Of a stretch of 64,000 nucleotides of DNA, positions 25,271 to 39,115 are shown one piece after another. Made by a program: the position numbers and the translations under genes. The DNA comes from Tubulanus polymorphus. Taxonomy: Eukaryota > Animalia > Nemertea. Below the pieces are notes generated by a model. That model searched no databases. It saw only the letters and a list, made by a program, of their open reading frames with translations, and was not told the origin of the DNA. How positions within the stretch are numbered: the first letter of the stretch is position 1; every line of letters begins with the position of its first letter. Where the stretch lies: positions 2,976,001 through 3,040,000 of the forward strand of contig NC_134025.1 of assembly GCF_964204645.1 (NCBI RefSeq), written 5' to 3'.

Positions 25271-28200
25271 GCATACTTTCTACACATTCAATTCGATTAT
25301 GAATGAAGCAAAACAATAGTGAATAAATGAGTCAACCAATCATTAAACTGCCTGGAGTTGATTGGTTATTTCTTACATCGAGATAAAACCGTTGATAAAA
25401 AGTTATGACTGGTGAGGTACCGTGATGGTAAAAATTGTTGGAGGTGTTCAGGGTTACATGCCCTAAAACACGCACACCTCACAGTAAACACAATTCACCC
25501 CTGTGATGTCACACGTAGTTCGTATTAATACGATCTCTCTGAATCAGTACAAAACAAAACATGTTCTCCGAAAAATTACGTTGTTTATATATCTAAATTT
25601 CACTGACAGACTTTATAATTCATTATATTCCTTGACTAATGCAAACCGGATAAAACAATTTTTGTAGCATTCGCTATAGTTCAACTTGACCTAGTTATTC
25701 AATATTGAAACTTAAAAAAATTCGCCTATTTCCAATCAATCATCTGAAGTGTACAGCTTTGTTTCCAGGTTCAATTGAGCATGATTTTTTTTCTATCGCA
25801 GAAAACCTGCACAATATCACGTAATCGTCACAAGATGAAATTCCTTAACCGGAGTCACCGAAAAAAAATAATCGAAACACAAATGAAATTGAGACTTTTT
25901 ACATGTATTTTAATATCAGCACGTGAAAACAGCAGGCCTTGTACCTATAGAATGTACCTAGCTCCTCATTTTACCCTATTTCTACGCTATTGGGAGATGA
26001 TACCAGCAAAATGTATAGATAAATGTGTGAATATATTGTGAGGGAAGGGTGGATGGAGAGGCTTCCAGGACATTAATACGATAATCGTGTATAAAATGCA
26101 TGAACTGAAGCTCATTTGGAATGCTGCCAGATTTTATGATCATTACGTATTTTTCCATTCAGCTTAAACTGAAAGTTAAACTGAATGGATCTCTCTGAGG
26201 TTACACGTACGGGCAAAAATCCTAGATCTTTATTGGCATAATATCATCTGAAAACTGAATTGACCGAATCATTGGTAACGCCAGACTTACCATTGACCTT
26301 AAAAAAAATGGTAAACACTCATGCTTATCTTTATTGTCTAGAATTGAACAAATAGTTTTATCATATCTTTCAAAATGAATGTGATTAGTTCATGTCATGA
26401 TGTCTATACTGATTTAACAATTCATAACAATTCTGAAAATGCCCTATTTTTCAAAACGACTTTCTATAAGCTTATATCTGTTTCGGGGTTTGTCAAAAAA
26501 GTATAAATCCTATATAACACTAAATTCCTGATCAAAGCTATGCCATTTCACAGTCAGGAAAATACCAAAGAAAACAACAATACAGGGTATCTTTTCGCGG
26601 ATGACTCATCGAAAATAGTTTTGTATATCAACAGACATGGCAGGCATTCATGACTGACAACTCGGTAGGAAAAAATAGGGTTATTCTAATCCCCCTCTTT
26701 GTTCAGTCACAAATAAAAACAACTGATATTCAAAACAAGTTCAAGGTTGTTGTGATAGATTTCACTATTAAATCATAGGAATTTGAACATATTCATGTTT
26801 TCCGTTGGTCTTGGAGTCGGGTCTTTCCTCGTTTATCTTGGCACGGAGCCCAATCGTTAAATCTATGAATGGAAAGCGCAGTTTGTCCTGATTTGGCCTT
26901 GACATGATACCACGATGAGCGAGCCTTTGACAGCCGCTAAATACATAGTCATACTATACACTAATCCCGCTCCGACTCCTCATATGGTTTTATTACAGAT
27001 ACCTACGTGTATTGGAAAAATCAGTCATCATCGGTTTCACTTTCGAATCATAAAAATCGAATGAAGTGGTATGATTCAAATTCAAACATCAAAATGGAAA
27101 AATATTGAAAGAAAGCTAAAACATCTTTTGTTTACATGTTTTCATATTTGCAACGTATTTCTAAACTTTTGACACACATCGAAAACATACACAGCTGGTT
27201 TACTGCTTCGTTGAATAAAGCTCAATAAAACCCTGGATCTAATTTATCATGTTTATGACCTTCACCTTTGAATTGTTAGTAAACATAAAGTCTGTTCCGA
27301 CCAATAGAAACAAATCAAAATATCATTTTGTTTTATTCTGGTCGACTTGTTCCTTCATGAATAATGATTATAAAGCGAGGTACCAGTAGGGTTACGTTTC
27401 GGACTAAGGTCATCATGTGTCCAATAACTTGAAAGGGGTTGTAAAATAATTAATTTCATGTATATTTGTAAACAACTTTATGCACGGTTTGTTTGGTGAA
27501 CGAGTACATCTGAACCGCCCGATCAGGAAGAGTATCACACAGCTGTACGGCTAATTATTCATAATCCATATTTAGACCTAAATATAAATCAACGAACACA
27601 AACCCCTTTGTTTACATGTATGGAAATTGAACTTTATTCGATACTAATAATTCCACTGTCAGCCAAAGGACAGAAAGGGTAAAAGAGTTTATTACACTAC
27701 AGGTGTACACGTACCTAAATTCATTAGATGCAACAGTACAAAGAAAACGTCTGTTTCGATATTCTTGACACCAATAAGTAAGCTAGTTGAACTAGATTTT
27801 CTGGAAATTTCTAATTTCAGATTTTCAAATGGTATATTATCATTTGTAGATATTCGCACGCATATGATGATTATGCAGTTCTGCAAAATGCATATATTTC
27901 CCGCATTTGATATCTTTCAATAGTTTCAATATTCACCACATCGCGCAGCACAATCGAGTCTACGTAAAACCATGTTTTAGACTGCCATTAATTTAAACTT
28001 ATCACTACTGCTACTAGATTTCATTTTGTCTACCTTCACATCGATGATAAGTGTTGTCTGCATAAATGAAGTGTGTCTCTGACGAGTACATTGTATTTGA
28101 AAGACAATTGTTTTACCTGATGTCCTGAAGGTCGCAACTTTGAAAATGTCCTTGTCAAACTAATCATTCAATCAATCACCTAATCTTGCATAATTTTGAA

Positions 28201-31200
28201 AAAAAAAACTATTCAAAAGATTGCATAACATATCTATGTACTTAATGAATGCTTTCAGTAATATTTTCTGTATTGTTTTCTGCATTATGACCTTTGAGCA
28301 ACATATAGTTCATCTAGTTACTTTCTGTTACTTCTGTTTGTTGATTTAGACAAATCTATTTATGTTTGTGTTATTAGATTTGTAATTTTGAGTTGTCCCT
28401 CCAATACATGTAATTGGTTTGGGTATAAATTGAATTTAAATGAAATAAATAAACGCAGCCTACCGAGGGTAAAGGGAATCATCTGAAATCAAATGCCAAA
28501 AGCGTAATGCAATATATTTGAATGCGTCAAGTGAATATCAATTTTAATTTTTAATGCAAATGACAAAAGGTTTTTTCAGAGCATATGTATTGACAAAACG
28601 CTTGACTATTGGGATGTAGAGCAATATTGGTAAAATTGCGTGAACTTTCATTGACACTGTGAGAATCTGAAGCTGAATAAAAGCTGGATTAGATAAATAC
28701 GAGCCGACAAGTAGGTATATATGTTTTTCGGAAAAATGATCTAGCGCAATAATTTCCCACTATTTACATACTGTATGATAAGCTAGGTGAGTCAAGTGAA
28801 GTAAGTCTACGACTTCTCCGGCTTCACTGGTTTATTCGATAAATGCCTATTTGTGTTTTACCCTGGACGTCCCCATAATTGTATGGATTAGATAATATTA
28901 TCTAGTCCACAGTAAGCCGTGGAAATGTTTTTGAAGTTAGTTGCAAAATGATCGCTCTCAACGCGTACAACAAAGAACGTTGCGAAATAAAGAATTTGGC
29001 CCGAAATCCTTGAGTCACATAAAAAAATCTAATTGTATCAGTCTGCAGACTGAGCATGAAACATATCAAAGAGAAAATGACTCAATGCAAATCATTAAAC
29101 TGTTCATGAATCATTTTTCTACCGCAAAATCAATAATGTAATAAATAAGAGAAGCTTTTTCTAAATTCAGGACAGTGCAAATATCTGGTTCATCCTTCTG
29201 ACAACATATATATTACAGTTTAATAGCCTACTTGACGACTTTATAGCTCCTTAAAAATTGTTATCTTCCCCTATATAGTTTGGAGAAATGCATGGAATTT
29301 CAATTTCTCTAGTCAAACATCAAAGTCATGGAGTGGTTGGGTCTCAGCCACTCCCATAGGTAAAAACAAAGAAATGCGACTACATGACTAACAATGATGT
29401 AAAATGTACCGAAAACCAGAAGAATGTTCAAGGACAAGTTGTTTACAACATTTCGTCTACGATATCAAATAATTCCAGGACTGTTTTCCCATCAAGCATT
29501 GCAGTAGCGTTTTATCGACCAGTAAAAATTACAGCGCGGGTTCAGCCAGAGTTCAGGCAGCTTATTGATCAAGCCCTCTGCAATTTCCCTCGACAAAACA
29601 AGTTAAGTGATTTTCTTCAGTGCTCTTGCCAGCATGAAAATAACCAATTCACCTGATCCGAACCAATGACAGTGAACATGTAGGCTAAAAAAAGTTGAAT
29701 TGACAGCTGAACGTGAAAGTTTTGTCACCATACTATCCCAAGGCTTTCAATTATCCATTGAGCCGTGAAGGTCTAATCAATAATAAGCTTTATTTATGAT
29801 GTTGTTTTGATGGTGGGTTCAGGCACTTTGAGTCACGACCCTCACAAATTCTGAGGTAAAGTGCACTAATGCAGTACAAGAATGATTAAACAAATAGTTT
29901 GTTTTTAGGTATGAAAAATAAGATTTTCAAAGTTGATAAAAAATGAAATGAATTGAAGTATCATCTCTGTGCATTCGCAGAGAACCATTAACGGCGTTTA
30001 AACAGATTCACTTAAAAAACTTTCTAAATTTTCTAAATATCTAATTTATAAATAATACGGTAATTTGGCTGTATTTACCAGTGTCAGGAATATCTTTGAT
30101 GTGTAGTCGAACTATTTCTGATAAGAATCCACCATTGTATCGGAAGGTGATAGTTTAGTATTTAGCCACTATACGGTGCCAGTTAACGGTATCTTATTGG
30201 TGAAAGTTTTACGATAGAAAGTAAAGTTAACTATCACGACATTCACGAATCTTGTAAATGTTTGAAACATCTATCCCCAGATTCGAAATGATGTGGATTC
30301 TCTTTACAAGGCATTTAGTACAACGCATAGTGACGTAAGAATTCACACATCAAAAAATTGTATGAATTTATTTCTCCGGACAAATGAAAGACGTCGCCAT
30401 CTTGTGGGATTGCGCGCTCCAGTTGTCCGACTCCGTGGTTATTGACATCTTGCAACGACTGTAAGACATTCTCCAAACTCTTAAACACGGAACACGTTAG
30501 AGAGTATATTCTCTTCCAGTCGTCATCAGGTGGAATGCCTTAATCTACATGAATTTATGAATTCTGACATCTCCAAATTGTTGGAAGTTTTTGATGCTGA
30601 ATATCGAATTGTGTGCATGTATGTTTATATAGCGGGTGGATTCAACAAGTAAGTAAATAATTGGATGAAACGAAGAAGGTGCCTTAGAAAGTTAGAAACG
30701 TATCAGTGAAATTTGTTATTCATAAATCAATATCTTGGAGTACTGTTTCTAGTTTTTATGTGGCTTTTTATATATCAAGACTCTTTCTGCCAAAAGTAAA
30801 GATTGTATGTGATGAAAGCGCATGGACAGCTCATCAAAACAACCCATTTCCAATAGGCTAAAATTCGGAAATTAAGTGCGAATTGATCCAACCTTTTTGA
30901 ACTTGACAATGTTGTATTATAGATGTCATACTCGGTGTTTATGTCATTTCGATGTATATGTTATTTGAGCCAAATATACAATACATCATTGTGTTAAAAG
31001 GTCGACATGTTTTTGTTATCAGTATCAGCACTCAGTAACTCATGAAAAATGAGATAAGATAGCTGTGTCCATTCAATAAATGAGAACCACACCGTAACCT
31101 TTCATGGAAAAGAAAGTATATCTTTTGTTTGCATCTTCTGGAGAAGCCATTTAGATGGGCTTGTTATTTTCAGGGATAATTCTCCATGTCCGTATATTAA

Positions 31201-34200
31201 ATTGGCGATAACTTTTAACTGCTATTGTTTCTAAACAGCAGTAACCGAGTCGTCGGAAAAAGGCTTTCTTCGTTGCCGTTCGGAAAAAAATCGCTGAGCC
31301 TGGCGAGATTCACCTGCTGCGTGTCCTCGGCGTCTTTGCGGCGAGATTCACTATCAACCAATCGTCCGCGATTTTCGATCGGCGGCAACAAGATCACTGT
31401 GTCCACAGCTTAACACTCATTCTCCACCATCACTCCTTCCTTCCTGTTGTCTACAGAGATGCTGAATGACTATACTACTTTGTCCAAAATAATTCTACAA
31501 GACACCGCAGTCGGCACGGGGATTAGAGAAGATGATCATGTTATTTTTGAGAAATAGAAAATCCAACAAGTTACACGTTTGAAGAAGTTAATTTAATATA
31601 TACATCAACACCGTTAAAGTTATACATAAACAAAATTTATGAAAATAGAGATGACGCGGAAAGTGCACCATGGACCATCTAAGTTCGTTTCAGCATCTGG
31701 TTTCGACAACCTGCAAGTAAAACAACGTGAACTTAACGACGGGTGTGGTTATTCATTGGTCTGTGGATATCACTTTACTCAAAACTAATTACGTTATTTG
31801 ACACATTTTCACAGTGAGTTCGTATAAATGATGAAACGTAATTTTGACAACTCATTCACCATTTGATTTGAGGCGTTCGAGTTCCAAATTAAGGAACTTA
31901 ATTGAAATAGAGTTCACGTGACTAGTTGCTTATAGCAAAATTTCACTGGAGGATTAATTGGCACACATGTCGTGAATGAAACATAGTTAACACAATTCTA
32001 AACTCTTTGCTTCATAAAACCATGGACTCTAAATGTTTTTACGAGTCCCTTACACAAGACAGGAGCAATTGACACAAATTTCCTGAATGAAACTTAGGCA
32101 ACTTGCGAGCTAAGACCGATCGACCAATCTTACACGTGGTATACAGTCACAACTGACGGCTCGATGATGAAGCCAATTCAAGCCATTTCCTTTGCTTAAA
32201 AGTGGTTATACTTTGTAATTACTTTTGATTCTTCGGGCGCGCGTTAACAAGAAGCTCGAATTCCCTAGAAATGTACTAAAGAGCCCTCCACGTACAAATC
32301 GAATGTTACGGAACGTATTCTCCGGTAACTTTGTTCCCTGTCGAAGGTTCCTATCGGTGTAACAATAATAGCCTCTTCAGGGGAGAAACCGTAATAAGAT
32401 TGAGGAAAATGGTAAAATTACATTAGTACATTGTCTACGCGAGGGGGACCATGTGAAGTAACTATTATAGGAAGCGGGAATTAGCATCATTCATTCGACA
32501 TCAGTAATATAGCGGTGATCTTTACCACAAAACGCCAGCAGCCACCCCAAACGACAGATCATTTATTGTACTGGTCTTTGATTAGTAAAAACTTGGATGA
32601 ACTCTGCTGAACTATCATTCAGCCTAGAAATCATAAGGAGAAATCTTTCTCATTTTTTTTTGTAACCCGTGACGTCCACCTAATATCTATGAGGCTAATC
32701 TTCGAAACGTTCACCAATTTGCATGTTTGTGAAATGAAAGATTGTATAGGAGTCGTTTTCGGATACGTTTCTAGGCCGAATATCGATAAACCGACGATGA
32801 ACCAATCGTCTTTTGATTCAGACCTAGATTCCCATCGTATGGGAATATCGGGTGAACACTTCAAAGGGAGAAATCTGATATGTCCTTTGTGAGATGTATA
32901 CATTTATAGACGAGAACAAAATTAAACCAATATAAAAATCTCCGCATGGATTTGTTGGAACGTACCCGTGGGTCGTGGGTGTTCGCTGCAGTAAAATTTA
33001 GATAATTCTATCGGTAATCCGAGCTCAAGAAAATGGAGGCCATCCGAATCAACGTTTCCCCCAGATAACCACTTCTCATCCGTAATTGCCATAGGGGGAA
33101 GTTATTTCAACCCCCTCCCCTCCTCCATGAACGATCGAAAGAAATATGAAAAAGGAAATTTGAATGATTGATTATTCTCAAATGCATCCGCTGAGAAGAA
33201 AGGAGTTGAAAGAAGTTGAGAGAATATAAAGAGAATAAAAACAAAGGACATCTTTAAGAACGCTTCACCGAGCATAATGGCGAATATTTTCAAAAGGCCA
33301 ATCTCATATGTATTCATAGCAATAATTTCCCCACAACGAGAAGAGAATAGAGATCAAGTGTCAACCGACAGAGAGCGAATAGGCGCACGACATTATATTA
33401 AAAAAAAAATAACAGGATACGATCTGTTGACCGATGCGCGCGAGACCGTTTGCTACACCGGAAGTACACACAGTTCATACACTTGGAACTGGTAAAATTA
33501 TGCATCAGCAGCGGCAGTGATAAGTCGTTAGTTAACCTACGTGAAAGAAAGTGATAAGAGTCAGAAGCAATTTCCCACTCATCATTAACCATTTCCCTAA
33601 TCACACGTTAAACGTTCGTATCAGTCATGCATTCTGCCGGTGTGATTAACGTTTTTACAGCAACGAGATCGCATAAATATTTTATGGGAGGATTTTTATG
33701 GAAAAATGGTACCATGAGCAAAGCGGAAAATCCTACGATATGATCGAAAGTGTTTGCAAATCCCCATCGAGCCGTGAAACAATGAATCTGATATCGTATC
33801 GTATACAGAATAATGACACTGATATCTGGTCGTTTGTACACGACGTGTCCAACTATTATCATTTGATGGTTTTTTATGGTCGAGAGTTTGTAAAGCGACT
33901 ATTAGCTGGATACGTGTTACGACTATTGCATCGAGGGCGTGGTGGAGTAAAATAAGTCACCTTCAGTAGCCACTATTACCTACTAATTAACGTGTTGATG
34001 TGCGACAGAAAAACCTGATTTAAATGCCCAGAATCAGACGAATAACACGAGGTTCTCACATATAAATTGGTCACTTATTGGCGCTATTAAGTCGGTTAGC
34101 TTTGCGTTTATAAAAGGTCACAGAATGCGTATAAATCAGAATAAATGAGTCGAGATGGACGTAGCTTTATCTTCAACTATCCTGATTCCCGATTTATGTT

Positions 34201-34769
34201 CATAACGATCTGACATATCCATTCTATTGATAGCTGTTGTTTCGGGTATTTTCGGTTCCTTGATTGACGAAACGTGTAAATTCGACGCTACGATACTGAC
34301 AGCGTTATCACAACCATAGCCATAACGAGCACCGATTTAGCGATGGACCAACAATATGGCGATTTGATATCCAAGATGGCGGCACCTGGTAGTTTAAAAA
34401 GATACTTTCCACGTCGCCATGTTTATGTCATCTGATTAACCTTAACCATCGTCGATTTTATGAATGTTCGACTAAATCGCAAAATCGGCTGCGAAATTGA
34501 TCGCAAAAATCGGATGCTCGTAAAAACGACTCATATCTACGTTTAATCTGTATATGACATGAAATGTTTTTTCGGTCACCAGCGGAAAAAAATCCACGAC
34601 ACCGTAACTGTTACGAAAATGTTTTTTTTTATAAAGTGATCACAAAGCGTCGTCATTTAGGGTAGTGTGTGAGTCGATCAATATTGCAGGCGTTCCAAAA
34701 TAACAATTACAATATGTGAATATTGGCGTTTATTTGTGATTAATCAAATTTCTGTTATGTAAATATGTT

Positions 34770-34943
34770 CTACGTCATCGATATCGGGGGTTAGACTGGT
34801 TGCCACTAGATTCAATACAATTGTTGATATACCGGTTTTCAAATTCAAAATGAAAATAACTTTATTGATCACGATCATTATTTATATGTTATTCATTGTC
34901 GACAAAATTAAGCAATATTTGGATATCTTATTTTTCAAGGCGT
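34770..34943 (+). repeat. Dispersed repeat, copy A (related to 60105-60260)
   Basis: CTACGTCATCGATATCGGGGGTTAGACTGGTT...AATTCAAAA...AATAAC...ATTGTCGA...TTAAGCAAT...TTTTTCAAGGCGT is colinear with CTACGTCATCAATATCGTGGTTAGACTGGTT...AATTCAAAATAAC...ATTGTCGA...TTAAGGCAAT...TTTTTAAGCGT at 60108-60258. Confidence 0.7.
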
Positions 34944-35214
34944 TAATGAAATTTTAAATTGGTCTTATTGATATTTTTATTGAATGATGGTTTGAAATAC
35001 ACGGTAAAAGTGGTACATCCATCAGTAATGAACGTACCAAAGATGCGTTTCTCCAACGTTACTTAAATAGTTTCCCTCCGTTAGCGTTACATTTCTCATC
35101 ACAGTTCAATTTCAGTTGTACCGCTTTACCCAGACAAGTCCATACACACTCGTCCATTTCACTGAAACAAAATAAAAGAAAGATTATTCAAGATTAACTA
35201 TAGATTGAATGAAA

Positions 35215-35397
35215 TTATGTGGGGACGTCGATGTCTAACTTTGCTAGGATTTGATTCCGGAGCCGCTTGGCGATCGTCCTAACCATTTGGGCATGGCGAA
35301 CATAGGTTTTTCGTCGTTGAGTCGACGAGTCGTCGGAGCTGATAACCGAATGCACTATCGTTCTGTCCATGGATTCTAAAACGAAGTCCATGTTCAT
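35215..35397 (-). CDS. Candidate 60-aa small ORF of unknown function
   Basis: ATG in AAAATGA context and locally raised GC/CpG. It lies ~190 nt downstream (minus sense) of a tandem CRE pair. No recognisable family; it could instead be intronic or 5'UTR sequence. Confidence 0.3.
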   Translation of the reverse strand: MNMDFVLESMDRTIVHSVISSDDSSTQRRKTYVRHAQMVRTIAKRLRNQILAKLDIDVPT

Positions 35398-35587
35398 TTT
35401 GTCTTAACGCATTTCACAGTATCGTCCATCTTGGAACTAGGTTTGGTTGTCATCAACTCAGCGACCGTGCTCAGTTGCGTGGTTCGCTATTTTCGGACTA
35501 TAGCTCCGACTTACTAACATAGAAATAGTGGATTAACTCCGAAATTCGCTGATGCCGACCGATCGTATGCTTGACCGAAACTCATTG

Positions 35588-35606
35588 TGACGTCATCGTG
35601 ACGTCA
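35588..35606. promoter_or_regulatory. Two perfect CRE palindromes (TGACGTCA) spaced 11 bp apart
   Basis: TGACGTCA at 35588-35595 and 35599-35606, with an extra TGACGT half-site at 35631. Confidence 0.55.
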
Positions 35607-38600
35607 TTCATATGTGAGGGAGATCTCCAGTGACGTATTTTATCTAGAGAGTAAACCTCGGCACTTCTGTGAATAGTTGTAATAGTTGTAAATTACTTCA
35701 TAGTTTTAACCAGTTTCATCTTGGATGTTCGGAATATCGATTCATCGATGTTGATTCGTTTATAGATTATGAGTGACGATATCAATACGACGCAATGAAA
35801 ACATGTCACTATCACTTCATCGCATCGACTTAATGTGTAATTGAAAGTGATTATCCCAGCTATAAAACAAGGATAGATTTAATCTTTGCGTCATGAGTGT
35901 CTCGGATAATCCTCATCTTTATAGATTCATATCGTTATAAAGTGTGCGATTAGTTTTTATAAATTGCCCTAAAAAGGAATAGTTCCCTCGCATTGATTGC
36001 GACGGTTACTGCCCCCTGTGTAAAAGTTCGGTACTCTTTTTTTAATGCCGCAATAAACACTGAGATGAAACGAAGCAATAAACATGTAATATTAGACAGG
36101 GAAGAAAAGGAGTGTTTTGATGATAAAGAAAATCATCTGAAGGCGGCTTGATTATTAATAGAATACCATTCCTGGTCGTCTATCGATGGTTACACATCGA
36201 TGGGTGTCTAAAGATCTGTTTCCCATATTCAAAACATGGGATATGGAATAGTTGATATCTGGGAATGTTTTTACCTCGCGTGGTTCGCGAGCCTCGGAGA
36301 ATGTCGCAGCCTCATGTTACAGATTAATGTTTTATCACGAGAACGTGGTACACGATCTGTTCTTTATCCTTCTCTTGTGTCAGTAATCATAATCGTATCT
36401 ATCATATCAAAAATACATACATAGAATGTGTTGAAATAGAACACATAGTATCCCCTTCGTAGACAGCATTTAGAACTTATCCTCGATACAATCACAGTGG
36501 GAGATAAGTTTACTGACAACTTTACAATGTAGTTTCGCGTTACTTACCCTTCCGGGGCTCCACAGTCCGCTCTGCATGGATTGTACATATATTGCGCATA
36601 TTTTGTGCAGAAGATTTCACACTTTTTACCAGTTTTTCTATTTATCCCTGATACAGTGACAACTGAAATGTACAAAATGATATCATATTCTTGATTTTAT
36701 GCCTTTTTATCCACTAAAAACTACATGAGATATCTGACTTGTTAAAGCCAGCTGAAACATAAGAAATCCTTTCTCGATTCTCAACACGTATAATCCTCGA
36801 GGGCATTAGTTTTTATAATAGTCTAACAGCGCAAGTCGTTTCAGCTGTAATCACAGAATTATGATTATTTAGTAACGAAATTTTCCGCTTCTACAAATTC
36901 TTTCGTTCTCGCGCCTTAAGTTTCTTCATTCCAGACTCTGTCTGATGACTTTTCGATATCGTTGGGGAATCTTTGATGGCTCGATGTGATTAACCGGGGC
37001 CAATATTCAATAGTAAATATTTGTCAACTGTTACTCTGCAAACACAACTGAAATAAATTTCAAGATCGTCATTTCAGAAAACATTCGTTATTTATACTAG
37101 ATTTCAGAGTTATTTCCACACGCGCGTGTACAAGCTATGTATACTGTATACATGAATTAGGGATTGTCAACACGGAAGCCTCAACTGATGAAATGCTACG
37201 GTTTCCGATCAAACCGGATGATCTAGCAGATGGGTAATGCCGGCATTTACTAAATCGATGAATAGTTAATGTATAATCATTCTACAGAAACTAAACCCAA
37301 GCCACCCATATCGCTCAGTATATCTCTTATGGTAGGTCCAAAATAAAATTCCAGGGACCCAGTTCTACGCGTTTAGGCCATACTTTGGTCCCATGTGAAC
37401 TAGGTGAGGATCTCATCTAATCCAGACGAGTAATAGTAATTTTATCGTCCTTTTCACTGTGTTCAAGGGCGCTTTTCATTAAATTGGCATTATTACCCCC
37501 AGCCTATAACTCTAACCATTTATCAGTCATGAAACCACTATTTCAATGTATTTTCCTAATCTAAATAGTGCATGTTTATCAAATACATCGATATACTTCT
37601 TCTATATTTTTGCTTCGTTTTTCTCAGTATTTGCTGCGCGTGGTTTAACCGATAGCGATAGACCGCTTTGACCTCTTCCAGGTTAGTGACATTCGTTTGA
37701 TTATCGCAGGCTGAGGGCGTCCAGTTATCTAGCACGCAATCAATCACTCGATACTCACAAATTCTTGCCATAATCCCAACTGATTGCCAGGAAAAATGCC
37801 AAAGGCCAATATTCCGCAGTAGTTTTTTTCCGAATTTCTTATTATCAGCGCACATTTCAAACCTATCAACAGGTAAAACTATTAAATCACTATTTCTTGT
37901 TCTTTAAGCAATTCTATTGGCTTATCAATTCTGATATGTTTCGATGCTGCGAGGTGCTTTCATGAAAATTCAATTTCATTTTGTAATTACTTTAACTAAA
38001 ACCGAAACATAAGGAATCTCATTAGTCACTTCAGAATAGCAGTGCCTCACAGCTCGGTTTCAAATGACACTGCGACTGAAATCGTAAATCCAATTTTCTC
38101 CTAAAATATAAAGCCAATCAAACATAGACACGGTAAGAATGTATTATCAGTTGGTTCGGTCATACAAAAAACGGCATTCGTTCGATAAAAGATGCTCTGT
38201 ACTTTCAAGTTTTTGGCAATATTTGTGATTGATTTTGTGTTCAGATTTGACCAGCTCCTCAGAAGCCTACTCGTCCTTCGCGACCAATGGAAAGTATTGT
38301 GACGAGGGAAAAGGTTGCTACGTTCGTTATCCCAATTGTATCCATGCGTGTGATCATCCGCTGTATATACTCTTCGTAAAACCCTGTGATTAACTTGATT
38401 GTCAGTTTCCTTTACACAAATTGCAAGGGTTGTGATAACAACACCGTATACATCCTCTTTACGACGGTACGGGTTGTAACATTATATCTCACGGGAACGT
38501 TAAACTGTGTTCCCATGTACAAAATGAAATGACAACTCGAATATCAGGAATGAATCATATGCGTACCCAGGAAATTGATATATTTTTTCGTGGCCACGAA

Positions 38601-39065
38601 TTCGTAGTTGTTCGCGCACATTTCGGCTTACAGAGATTTCATAATCTTCTATTCGTAGATGAATATTGTCGTATGAAAATTGTTTTTCTTTTTCTCGTCT
38701 ATTTTAATATCTAAAAAACAAATCCCCTTCGCAGAAAACGACGCCGAAACGTGGAAAGTGCCGATGTTTAAACTCCGTGTCGTGAGATTGATTTTCTACA
38801 TTGCGTGCAACATCAAACTGTTTATTTCTCAACTCTCACATTGACATTGGCGCGTTCGTTCCCAGTCATATTTGCGCTTTTTAACGAACGAAATTTCAAA
38901 CACGACCGTCGCAAATATTCATTGAAACTATAGCAGAACTATTTAAATAAGGATGACAAATTTTCACCGAACTTTCTATAACAGAAGAAAAAACGGTCAT
39001 CCACAGAATAGCGTGTTACCTTTGACGGATTCCTGTCGCGTGAGACTATACGAGCTGGACTAACG

Positions 39066-39115
39066 GAAAAGAACTATTTACCATATGTCGCCAGAAGGAT
39101 CAAATAGTTCTTTTC
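39066..39115. repeat. Perfect 14-bp inverted repeat with a 22-nt spacer
   Basis: GAAAAGAACTATTT (39066-39079) ... AAATAGTTCTTTTC (39102-39115). Confidence 0.8.

Noticed and set aside
31215-31413. GC-richer patch with ORFs on both strands
   Set aside because: No ATG start, no credible splice-site pair and no family resemblance.
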